From positions 2,203-66,202 of the IMG/VR virus record IMGVR_UViG_3300042367_000058: a stretch of 64,000 bases of DNA. One strand, written 5' to 3'. Both the position numbers and the translations under genes were made by a program. Below are positions 19,023-28,453 of the stretch, piece after piece. Numbering within the stretch: position 1 is the stretch's first letter; every line of letters starts with the position of its first letter. Source of the stretch: a virus. Lineage: Duplodnaviria > Caudoviricetes. The notes below the pieces were generated by a model, which was given only the letters and a program-made list of their open reading frames with translations, did no database searches and was not told where the DNA came from.

Positions 19023-22003
19023 GCTATTCACGTCGCCAACTTTACGCCTTGGGCGAGCCCTTGGGCGATTCAGCAACCCTCTCTGAAGGTGGGCGTATTG
19101 TCTATGGTGACGGTGGTGGCGGCGGTGGCAGTTCAACACAAACCCAAACTACTGACTTGCCAGATTGGGCCAAGCCATACGCCAAAGACATTCTGTATCA
19201 AGGTTCTTTGGTAACTGATATCAACAAAAACCCATACAAGCCCTATGGCGGTGAGCGCGTTCAACAGTTCACCGACTTGCAAAATAAAGCAATGGGTGCC
19301 GCAAAAACAATGGGGCCATCCTCTCAGTTGGGTACGGCCACCAATTTAGCTGGCGATGTGGGTACCCGTGCTATGGGGACAAACTACCAAGCTGGTCAGT
19401 TTGCCAATCAGTTTCAAGCCCCCGGCGCGTACCAGCCCGGTCAGTTCTCCATGATGCAAGCTCAGGCTCCAAGCCTTCAGCAGTATCAAATGAAAGGCCC
19501 ACAAGATGTGCGGTCAATAGGGTATGAAGCAGCAGAAATGGGTGCGGCGCAAACAGCCTATAACCCCAACTTGCAACAATACCAAATGGGGCCAGCAGAA
19601 CGTGTTCGCACCCAAAGCTTTGCTCGCCCCGGCGCAGCAGAAGCCTATATGTCTCCCTACATGCAAAATGTGGTGGACATCCAGCAACGTGAAGCTCAAC
19701 GGCAAGCGGATATTGCTCGCACAGGTCGCGGGGCTCAGGCTGTAGGCGCAGGTGCGTTTGGCGGATCTCGTCAGGCCATCATGGAGGCCGAAGCTGCCCG
19801 CAATCTTGCTCAACAAAAAGGCGACATTCAAGCGCAGGGACTTCAGTCGGCCTACGGCCAAGCCCAGCAGCAATTTAATGCCGAACAGCAAGCGCGTTTG
19901 CAAGCTCAACAAGCCAACCAACAAGCTGGTATTACTGTTGGCGGGCAAAACCTTGGCGCTGCGCTTGGTGTTCAACAACTTGGCGCTCAAACGGGTCTAC
20001 AAACTGCCCTTGCCAATTTAAGCAGCCAACAACAAGCAAACGTACAAAACCAAGCAGCCAGAAATCAAGCTATGGGCATGAATGCCCAGCAAGCGATGCA
20101 AGCGGCTTTGGCGAATCAACAAATGGGTTTCAACGTTGGCTCGCAGAACCTTGCGGCCAACCTTGGAGTCCAGCAATTGGGTGCAGGGCAAGACCTGCAA
20201 TCTCAACTTGCCAATCAACAGGCTTTCCAACAAGCACAACAAGCTGGAGAGCAATCTCGCCAGTTTGGCGCGGGTCAAGGTCTGCAAGCTGCTGGTATGG
20301 GCGCTCAGTATGGTCAAGCAGCTCAGCAGTTGGGTGAGCAGTCTCGTCAGTACGGGGCTGGTCTTGGCATGCAAGGTCTCCAGACTGGCTTACAAGCCGC
20401 AGGTCAGCTTGGGCAGCTTGGCGGTCAGCAGTTCCAGCAAGGCATGGACATCAACAAGCTTCAGTCTGCCTATGGCGGTATGGAGCAAGCTCTCAATCAG
20501 AGGGGTATGGATGTCAAGTATCAAGACTTCCTGAATCAGCAGAACTATCCTTATAAACAGTTGGGATTTATGTCCGACCTGTTGCGCGGCACACCCACCG
20601 GTTCATCCAGCGTTACCAACATGTACCAGCCTCAAGGTTCTGGTTTGCAAGACTTAGCTGGTCTTGGCATGGGCATGTATGGCCTGAGCAAGTTCATGGC
20701 CGAAGGCGGTGTTACCAGTCAAGGCAACGTGGAAAGCATCATCGACAGGCTCGGTCCTGAGCAATTGCAGCAAGCCCGTGAAAATGCTTTGAACCGCAGG
20801 GACATGGACACTGTAGATGCGATTGACGAGCGTTTGGCTGAGCTTGCTCAGTCTAAGTCTATGTATGCGGGTCTTGGCGGCGCGTTTGACCAAATTCCTG
20901 CGGAGCAACAAGAAGCAATGATGGCCGGTGGCGGTATTGTTGCAATGGCTGGTGGCGGTTCATACAGACAAAAAACCGATGAGGCCCTTAAAGGCTTGTC
21001 TAGCTTAGTCGATGAATACAAACCTCAGACTGCCGAGCAGTACCAAGCTGGTGTTGAAAAGCAGTTGCCGTTTGTTCAAAAGCTGTACGGCCCCGACGTT
21101 ACTGCTGGCTACTTGGAAGAAGTAAAAGCCGAGCGTGCCAACCTCGGTAAAAACACGGATGAGGCCAAAGGTCTTGGCGCTTTACTTGCTGCGGCTGAAA
21201 TGATCGGTGCTAAAAACTTCCGCGAGGGGGCCAGCAAATCCGTCAAAGCGTTCACAGGTGAAGTGGCTCGGGTTGCCAAAGAAACCAAGGAAGCCAAAGA
21301 CCGACTGCGCCAGTCCGAGATCACTCTGGCTACTGCGCAACAAGCACGCAAAGAAGGTATGGTTGGCAAGGCCACCGCACTGGAAGACAAAGCCGAATCG
21401 CAAAGACTGGAAGGACTCAAGCTCAAAATTGACGCAGAAGGAAAAGTTGCGCAGCTCAACTCAGGCTTGGCCAGTACAGAAATGCAAACGGCTGCAACAC
21501 TTAAAGCGCAACAAATGGCCGCGAACAAAGAAACCGATCTTGCTCGTCAGACCAACATCCGCTACGCTGCGTTGATTGAAGAAGGCAAACCAGCTAACAA
21601 AAAAACAATGGCCGAAGCTGCTTCAATGGCTGCAAGTGACCTTGGCCGTTATCCCGGTGCCGAAAAGCTTGATGTTGCAAGAGAAGCGGCAGCCGCAAAA
21701 AGTAAAAAAGAAGCCAGCGCCGCTTGGGGTGATGCTGTGCTCACAGACAAAAATCTGCGAAAGACATACAGCGACTTGCAAAAAGCCGACCCAACTGGGG
21801 AACAAGCCGCTGCTTTCAGAGACCGGTGGATTGCCCGAGAAATGGGCGTTGCCCCTGCTGCCGCTCCTGCTCCTGCTCCTCAAGCTGCGGCCCCTGTTGC
21901 TAAACCCTCTATGCAAGCGTTTATGGATGCGGCTAGAAAAGCAAACCCCGGTGTATCTGACGCAGACTTAGCTGCCTACTACAATCGAAAATACGGCAAA
22001 TAA
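19019..22003 (+). CDS. DNA ejection / pilot-type internal virion protein, Gln/Gly-rich
   Basis: YMSPY, GAGAFGGSR motifs, QQLG repeats. Confidence 0.75.
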   Translation: MSYSRRQLYALGEPLGDSATLSEGGRIVYGDGGGGGGSSTQTQTTDLPDWAKPYAKDILYQGSLVTDINKNPYKPYGGERVQQFTDLQNKAMGAAKTMGPSSQLGTATNLAGDVGTRAMGTNYQAGQFANQFQAPGAYQPGQFSMMQAQAPSLQQYQMKGPQDVRSIGYEAAEMGAAQTAYNPNLQQYQMGPAERVRTQSFARPGAAEAYMSPYMQNVVDIQQREAQRQADIARTGRGAQAVGAGAFGGSRQAIMEAEAARNLAQQKGDIQAQGLQSAYGQAQQQFNAEQQARLQAQQANQQAGITVGGQNLGAALGVQQLGAQTGLQTALANLSSQQQANVQNQAARNQAMGMNAQQAMQAALANQQMGFNVGSQNLAANLGVQQLGAGQDLQSQLANQQAFQQAQQAGEQSRQFGAGQGLQAAGMGAQYGQAAQQLGEQSRQYGAGLGMQGLQTGLQAAGQLGQLGGQQFQQGMDINKLQSAYGGMEQALNQRGMDVKYQDFLNQQNYPYKQLGFMSDLLRGTPTGSSSVTNMYQPQGSGLQDLAGLGMGMYGLSKFMAEGGVTSQGNVESIIDRLGPEQLQQARENALNRRDMDTVDAIDERLAELAQSKSMYAGLGGAFDQIPAEQQEAMMAGGGIVAMAGGGSYRQKTDEALKGLSSLVDEYKPQTAEQYQAGVEKQLPFVQKLYGPDVTAGYLEEVKAERANLGKNTDEAKGLGALLAAAEMIGAKNFREGASKSVKAFTGEVARVAKETKEAKDRLRQSEITLATAQQARKEGMVGKATALEDKAESQRLEGLKLKIDAEGKVAQLNSGLASTEMQTAATLKAQQMAANKETDLARQTNIRYAALIEEGKPANKKTMAEAASMAASDLGRYPGAEKLDVAREAAAAKSKKEASAAWGDAVLTDKNLRKTYSDLQKADPTGEQAAAFRDRWIAREMGVAPAAAPAPAPQAAAPVAKPSMQAFMDAARKANPGVSDADLAAYYNRKYGK

Positions 22004-22014
22004 AGGGGTTCGGC

Positions 22015-25000
22015 ATGGCCATCATTGATCCGTTTGAGGCGCAACAACCGCAACGGAAGGGTATCGTTGACCCCTTTGAGGTGCAATCTGCGCCGCAGAT
22101 CGTTGACCCCTTTGCGGAACCCAAGGCCGAGCCAAAGCCAGAAGATCAATCGTTCCTACGTAGTGTTGCCGACGTACCTCTAAAAGCTGTTTCTGGTCTG
22201 GCCACCGGCGTGCGCTTGGTTGCTGATGCCTTTGGTGCGGGTAGTGATGTATCCAACTCTATCAAGGGCGTAGAAAATTACATTGGCGATCTGTACAGCG
22301 CACAGTCCAAGAAAGACTCCGCTGAGATCGCCCGCATCATGAAGGATGCCGAGGACAAAGGTGTTGGGGATCAGGTTAAAGCCGCTGTCAAAGCTTTCAC
22401 TATTGCTCCTATTGACACAGTAGTAAATGCGCTGGGTACATCCGCCCCCGCTATTTTGGCTGGTTTGGGCGCTTCTGTTCTTGGCGCGGGCGCTGTTGCA
22501 GCCACTGCCGCTGGTGCTGGTATTGGTTCTGTTATGGGTGCCGGTACGATCAAAGGGACTATTTACGACGCGGTCAAAGAAGAACTCGGTAAGACCAACA
22601 TGTCCGAGAAACAAATTGAAGCCCGTGCGCAAGCCGCACAAGCCTATAACGGCGAGAACTTAGACCAGATTTTGATGGGCTCCGCCCTCGGTGCAATTGG
22701 TGCAAGCACAGGTTTTGAGCCTGCCGTGGCCCGACAAGTGGCCAAACAAATTATTGCGGGTAGCATTAAGAAACAAGCAGCGGTCACAGGGGCAAAGGAA
22801 TTTGCAGGTGAAGCGGCACAGGGTGGCCAAGAGCAATTGGCTCAAAACATAGCTCTCCAACGTGAAGGCTACGACGTACCCACCATGCGCGGTGTTGTTG
22901 GGCAGGCCACTATGGAAGGTCTGGCGGGCGCTGGTCTTGGCGCTGCTGCTGGGGTAAGTGAAGGTTTGGAAGCCCGCCGAACAGCAGAAATGCCAAGCGA
23001 AACGGGCATAAAAGCTACAGGTAATGCGCCCTCAAACAGCCCCATAGTTGGCACAACCAAAGTAAATATTGGGGACAAAGAAAGCATAAAAGTCACCAAA
23101 CAAGACGGAAGTGTTGAGATTGACGGAATTCAAGTTACGCCGCCTACTGGTCAAGAGTCATTAGAAGTTGAAAAGATTGCTGCCGACCTGACCAAGCAAG
23201 GCATTACCAACATTGAGCCTGAGCGTGTCGCACAGTTCCAGCAAACTTTCCTAGACATGGGGCTTGACCCTGCGCAGGCAAACATTCGCGCCATTGAAGC
23301 TGCGACTTTGGAAGTTGAAGAAAAGGCCCCTGCAAGTGAGGAAGCTCAAGGAGAACCAGATGCTGGACAGACTATCACCGAGCCAAGTGGAGCAGGCGTT
23401 CCAGTGGCTGAACAGCCCAGTGCAGACATCACCCCCGCAGGAGTTGGAATCACTGAGCCAAGTGGAGTGGTTCCTGCTGGACCGGATGTTGCAGGGGTTG
23501 CTACAGGAGAAGCAACACAGCCCGTTGCAATAGTTGATCCGTTTGAACAAACCACCCAAACAGAAACGCCCTCTGTTCAGCCCGCTGCAATAGACCCAAT
23601 TGAATTTGCTAAACGCTCCGCAGATAGCGCGATAGCTGACCAAGCCAACTTTGAATCCTTAGAAGAATCAATTGGCGCACAGAGGGACAACATCGCAGAT
23701 ACCTTGCGTGAGCAAGGGGTGGATGACCAACCCACAATTGATAAAGCAATTGCTGCATACGATGAAGAAATAAATAAACGAGGAGACCAAGTTGGCACTG
23801 AAACCCCTGAAGCCGTCCAAGCAGAAGCGCAAGGACAAGAAGCTGCCCCCGTTGAGCCCGTTACCGAACTAACCGCGCAGTCGGATGAAGTCATCGCCGA
23901 GCAAGCTGAAATTTCTGATGACGTTGCTGACGCCGTCGGGGATATAACTACTCTGCCTACTGAAGAAGTGGTGGAGGAAGGAGCGCCCAAAGCTAAGCGG
24001 GGCCGTAAGCCCTTGAGCCCAGAGGAAAAAGCTGCCAGCGACGAGCGCCGCACACAGCAACGCAAAAACTACAAACAGAACGAAAAAGCTGTTACCGCTG
24101 CGGGTGCCGCGCTCGATGAAGCTATTGCTCCTATCGACGAAGGGACTATTGGTTCAGAAGAATCTCTGTCTGCTGCCCAAACAAATAAACGTGTTGGCAA
24201 AATCCAAGCCATCAAATCCTTGGTGTTGTTGGCTCGTTCGCTCAAAGGAACCAAGCTCGGTGACCGCGCAGCCGAGATGCTGAAAAACCCAGCCATCACC
24301 CCGATGGAGTTGGAGAACGTGAAGAAGGGCATCGCTGCCCAAGTATCCAAAGCCACAAGCGAAGTCAAAGCTGGCCGCGCCGATACTAGATTCAGCAAGA
24401 TGACCACTGCCCAGCAAGCACTGCGGCATGTGATTAAGACCGGCAATGCGTTCCAAAGATTCTTGGCCGAGCGCCTGCTGCCGTTTGTAAAAGACGTCAA
24501 GTTCATGGTGCTTGAAGAAGGCGCACCGTTACCACCTCAGATTACTGAGGGAGGAGTAGAAGCCGACTGGAACGAATCCCGTGGCATGTTCTTGCGCACT
24601 GTGGCTAACGGAGAACGTTTTGTCTTTGTGCGCGGAATGTCTGGTGGCCCAAATCAAGGCATAAACAACGTCACTGTGCTGCATGAAATGCTGCACGCCG
24701 CACTTAATGAAAAAATAGCTGCGGCATACGGGGCGTACAACGCAGGTAAAGAACTCAACGCTAATTTGGTAAAAGCGTTCGGTGCCCTGCAAGGCACTAT
24801 GGACATGACTTTGAAGCGCGTGAAAGAAATGCACGCCGCAGGCACGTTGCCAGAATTTATGGGGGAACTGGTGGTCTCCGACATCTTTGGCGACCCCCGC
24901 GAGTTTGTTGCTTATGCAATGTCCCACCCACGTTTCCAGAAGTTCTTGATGGAGACCGAGGGCGTTACCAAGCAGTCGCTGTTCACTCGGTTCGTCAACA

Positions 25001-28000
25001 ACGTGCGTCAGTTCTTCAACATGGGGCCAATGCACACCAGCGCCCTTGCAGACGTAATCAGCGTCACTAATTCAATGCTCAGTTCCCGTCTGACCGCCGA
25101 TATGCGGGCGGAGATTGCTGCGGAACGCGCAAGTGCGGATGCAACAGAAGTTTCTTCTGAGCTTAAGAAGAAAAAGATCAAGACCAACAAGATGGTTGAG
25201 CGCATGGAGAAATCCAGCTTTGCCGACACCATCCGTGAGCTGCCCGGCCTTGTAAAGATACGTAGTATGGAGGACTTGACCGATGCGTTGTCCTCTATGT
25301 ACGCTGGCTTTGATAACTTCAAGCTGCGTCAAGTACTGCCTATGTTGCAAACGGAAGCCGTGGTGCAGTGGGGTGAACGCAAGGGTGTTGTCGGCCTTAG
25401 AGAATCTTGGCAGTATCTCACTGACATGGCCGCAATGCGCAACAAGAGTACGCTGGACATGGTGCCGCTCTCTGAGGCTCTGGCTAAGTTAGCACGCAGT
25501 GCTCCCGAGCAACTACAGCGTCTTGCTAATGTGATGAACTACTCTACATTGCTGTACCGTGACCCAACTGTGGCTGGCAACCTGAGCAAAGATGCCGACC
25601 TGAAAAAGATGTGGGATGGTCTGACCGATGCAAACAAGAAGCTGTACGAGCAAGTGCGTGACTTCTACAAAGCCAACCATGAGCAGTACCATGTGTTGCT
25701 GGAAGAGCAGATTGCCAACTCGAAGTTGCTCGGCACTGCCGCAGATGGCAAGTCCCCCAAAGGCAAGCTGATTGCCCAGATCAAACAAATCTACGAAGAC
25801 GGCAAGAAGCTGTATCCGTACTTCCCGTTGATGCGTTACGGCCAATACTGGCTGCGAATCGGCAAGGGTGTGAACCGCGAGTTCTACATGTTTGAGAACG
25901 CCTTTGATCGCAACATGTTCTTGCGTAAGCGCATCCGCCAGATGCAAGAGGCTGGTTCCACTGAATCCTTGCGTGAGATGCAGGAATCTGGAGCGATTGA
26001 TCTGGGTAATGACTTGTCCGATGCCCGTAAAAAAGACTTGGATGCCAGCGGCATGTTGAAGGAAATCTTCAACTCAATCGAAGAAGGTATGAAGCAAGGG
26101 CAGACCGTGGTTGATGACTACGGCAACACAGTCTCTTCCATGTCTAGGCTCGATGCCGACAAGCTCATGGACGAAATCTATCAGATGTACTTGCAGACTT
26201 TGCCTGATCGCAACTTCCGCAGACAGTACATGCACCGTCAAGGCACTACTGGTTTCAGCGGGGACATTGCTCGTAACTTTGCAGTGACCGGCACAAACAT
26301 GGCCAACCAACTGGCTCGCATCAAGTACGGCCCCCGTATCATGAGTGAGCTTGAACGCGCAAACGACACACTTGCAGGTAACCCAGACAAAGCCCGCCTC
26401 GGTGAGTTTGTTTCCGAGATGCGTATGCGTGCCGAGCAGCAAGTCCGCCCTGACTTAGAAGATAGCCTTGGCTACAAAACTTCTGCGCTGTTGAACTCCT
26501 CGGCGTATTTGTGGTTGATGACCTCAATCAAAACTGCCGCTACTCAGTTGACGGCACTTCCAATTTTTGTTGGCCCAGTGCTCACATCCAACCACGGGTT
26601 CAATCCTGTCAAGGTAGGTGCGGCCCTTGCCAAGTCAATGGCTATCTTTGGCACAAGCGGTATTCGTCGTCAGGCTGAAGATGGCTCGACCACGTTTGAG
26701 TTCCCCTCGTACCTGAATAACGGTTTGGTGAAGTTGACTGACAACCAGAAGCTGGCTGCGCAATACATGGCAGACAGAGGTATCAACGACAACACACTGG
26801 CCTACGACCTTGGCAACCGCAGGGATACGCCGACAAACCAGCTTGAAGGTGGGGTACGCCGCACCATGCGTACTGTCAGCAATGTGATGACCAGCATGTT
26901 CCATCACACTGAGCGCATGATCCGTGAAGTGACTTTCATGACTTCCTACGATCTGTACTCCCAGCAGACCAACAAGGAAACCGGCAAGAAGTACACCCAC
27001 GAAGAAGCCCTGCGTGCAGCCGAAGCCGAGACCCACGAAGCCTTGGGTAACTACCACGCATCCAACCGCCCTCGCGGGTTGTTGGCCGACTCTGAACGCC
27101 AAGTCTTGCTCAATGCGCAAAAGCCCGTAGGTCGCACGATTCTCCAGTTCAAGATGTTCCCTGCGTTTGTGACTACGTTCTTTATCCGTAACGCTTATCG
27201 TGCGCTGGCTGGGCTCGACGCAAAAGACCGTGCCAAGGCCATGACTCAGTTGGTCGGTACATTGACCATGTCCACTGCGCTTGCTGGCTACGTTGGTATC
27301 CCCGGCGCAACAATGGCTATGGGCGCAATCCAAGGCATGATGAATGTAATCCGTGACGAAGACGACGAAGACCCGTTGGAAGAGCGCGACTTGGAGTTCT
27401 GGTTCCGCAACGTTTGGCTCCCTCAGACCTTTGGCAATATCAAAATTGGCGACCACACGCTGGATGAAATCTTGGACAAGGGTTTGATTGCTTCCATGAC
27501 GGGCTACGACATTTCCGGTAGCTTGTCTATGAATAACATGTGGGTGCCCGACGTAAAAGAGCAGGCAACTTCCGCTGCGGCTATGCAGGAATACTTTATG
27601 TCTTTGCTCGGCCCCAGTGCGTCGATCACGTTCAAGCAAATCCCAACCGCCATCGACTTCTTTAACAAAGGCGAAATTCTGCGCGGCGTTGAACAGTTGG
27701 CCCCAGCCTTTGCTCGGGGTTCCCTTACCGCTGCCCGGTACGGGAAAGAAGGCGCTACCACTACGTCAGGCGCAGTTATCAAGGAAGCCGAGGAGTTCAC
27801 TCAGGGTCAGTTGTTGGCGCAGTCTATGGGCTTTGCCACCGAAGGGCTCGTGGCTCGACGCGAAGCAATCTTTCACTTGCAAGGTGAAATTCTGAAGGTG
27901 AAGCGGGAGCGCACCAAACTGCTTGACCGCTTGGAGCGGGAGCTGGATAAAGGCTCGGACGAAGACGTTGAGAAAGCTTTTGACAACGTGTTTACGTTCA

Positions 28001-28185
28001 ACAGCCGGAACCCCTACGACGCAATCGGTGCGGACAACATCAAGCAGTCGATCAAAAAACAGATTGAGCGCAAGATGAAGTCTGACCGTGGTATGCCCAT
28101 CGACAAAAGGTACTATCCGCAACTGCTTGACCTGCTGGAACCGTCAGAGAAGAAGCTGGAGCGTGAGCGGTTGATGGCCCAATAA
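22015..28185 (+). CDS. Large polyvalent internal virion protein with zincin-like HExxH
   Basis: 2056 aa; LHEMLHA plus downstream EFVA; YFPLxRYG motif; last gene of late arm. Confidence 0.75.
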   Translation: MAIIDPFEAQQPQRKGIVDPFEVQSAPQIVDPFAEPKAEPKPEDQSFLRSVADVPLKAVSGLATGVRLVADAFGAGSDVSNSIKGVENYIGDLYSAQSKKDSAEIARIMKDAEDKGVGDQVKAAVKAFTIAPIDTVVNALGTSAPAILAGLGASVLGAGAVAATAAGAGIGSVMGAGTIKGTIYDAVKEELGKTNMSEKQIEARAQAAQAYNGENLDQILMGSALGAIGASTGFEPAVARQVAKQIIAGSIKKQAAVTGAKEFAGEAAQGGQEQLAQNIALQREGYDVPTMRGVVGQATMEGLAGAGLGAAAGVSEGLEARRTAEMPSETGIKATGNAPSNSPIVGTTKVNIGDKESIKVTKQDGSVEIDGIQVTPPTGQESLEVEKIAADLTKQGITNIEPERVAQFQQTFLDMGLDPAQANIRAIEAATLEVEEKAPASEEAQGEPDAGQTITEPSGAGVPVAEQPSADITPAGVGITEPSGVVPAGPDVAGVATGEATQPVAIVDPFEQTTQTETPSVQPAAIDPIEFAKRSADSAIADQANFESLEESIGAQRDNIADTLREQGVDDQPTIDKAIAAYDEEINKRGDQVGTETPEAVQAEAQGQEAAPVEPVTELTAQSDEVIAEQAEISDDVADAVGDITTLPTEEVVEEGAPKAKRGRKPLSPEEKAASDERRTQQRKNYKQNEKAVTAAGAALDEAIAPIDEGTIGSEESLSAAQTNKRVGKIQAIKSLVLLARSLKGTKLGDRAAEMLKNPAITPMELENVKKGIAAQVSKATSEVKAGRADTRFSKMTTAQQALRHVIKTGNAFQRFLAERLLPFVKDVKFMVLEEGAPLPPQITEGGVEADWNESRGMFLRTVANGERFVFVRGMSGGPNQGINNVTVLHEMLHAALNEKIAAAYGAYNAGKELNANLVKAFGALQGTMDMTLKRVKEMHAAGTLPEFMGELVVSDIFGDPREFVAYAMSHPRFQKFLMETEGVTKQSLFTRFVNNVRQFFNMGPMHTSALADVISVTNSMLSSRLTADMRAEIAAERASADATEVSSELKKKKIKTNKMVERMEKSSFADTIRELPGLVKIRSMEDLTDALSSMYAGFDNFKLRQVLPMLQTEAVVQWGERKGVVGLRESWQYLTDMAAMRNKSTLDMVPLSEALAKLARSAPEQLQRLANVMNYSTLLYRDPTVAGNLSKDADLKKMWDGLTDANKKLYEQVRDFYKANHEQYHVLLEEQIANSKLLGTAADGKSPKGKLIAQIKQIYEDGKKLYPYFPLMRYGQYWLRIGKGVNREFYMFENAFDRNMFLRKRIRQMQEAGSTESLREMQESGAIDLGNDLSDARKKDLDASGMLKEIFNSIEEGMKQGQTVVDDYGNTVSSMSRLDADKLMDEIYQMYLQTLPDRNFRRQYMHRQGTTGFSGDIARNFAVTGTNMANQLARIKYGPRIMSELERANDTLAGNPDKARLGEFVSEMRMRAEQQVRPDLEDSLGYKTSALLNSSAYLWLMTSIKTAATQLTALPIFVGPVLTSNHGFNPVKVGAALAKSMAIFGTSGIRRQAEDGSTTFEFPSYLNNGLVKLTDNQKLAAQYMADRGINDNTLAYDLGNRRDTPTNQLEGGVRRTMRTVSNVMTSMFHHTERMIREVTFMTSYDLYSQQTNKETGKKYTHEEALRAAEAETHEALGNYHASNRPRGLLADSERQVLLNAQKPVGRTILQFKMFPAFVTTFFIRNAYRALAGLDAKDRAKAMTQLVGTLTMSTALAGYVGIPGATMAMGAIQGMMNVIRDEDDEDPLEERDLEFWFRNVWLPQTFGNIKIGDHTLDEILDKGLIASMTGYDISGSLSMNNMWVPDVKEQATSAAAMQEYFMSLLGPSASITFKQIPTAIDFFNKGEILRGVEQLAPAFARGSLTAARYGKEGATTTSGAVIKEAEEFTQGQLLAQSMGFATEGLVARREAIFHLQGEILKVKRERTKLLDRLERELDKGSDEDVEKAFDNVFTFNSRNPYDAIGADNIKQSIKKQIERKMKSDRGMPIDKRYYPQLLDLLEPSEKKLERERLMAQ

Positions 28186-28210
28186 AAAACCCCCGCACAC
28201 AGGCGGGGGG
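28186..28210. terminator. Intrinsic terminator between the convergent arms
   Basis: aaaaaa-cccccgc-acacag-gcggggg hairpin; U-tract on the - strand. Confidence 0.75.
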
Positions 28211-28258
28211 TCAAGGGGAGTATCGGAAGGAGCTAACTCTTCCACTCCAAAGTTTATC

Positions 28259-28453
28259 TCAGACCCGCCAAACGCGCAGTCCTTTTATGCCGTCTACGAT
28301 CACTACTTTCGTAACAATAGATATTTTCAACCTCTTTGTAACAGCGTTGATCGTTTCCCGAGCCGCCCGTTCATCTATGCAGGGTACAAAGAACGAATGA
28401 CCGACCCGGAACTTTGACCAATCAAGCTGGTACGCCACCGTCTCGATTTTCAT
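28259..28453 (-). CDS. Small conserved phage protein
   Basis: SFFVPC...GLRVWR; coupled to primase-helicase. Confidence 0.7.
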   Translation of the reverse strand: MKIETVAYQLDWSKFRVGHSFFVPCIDERAARETINAVTKRLKISIVTKVVIVDGIKGLRVWRV

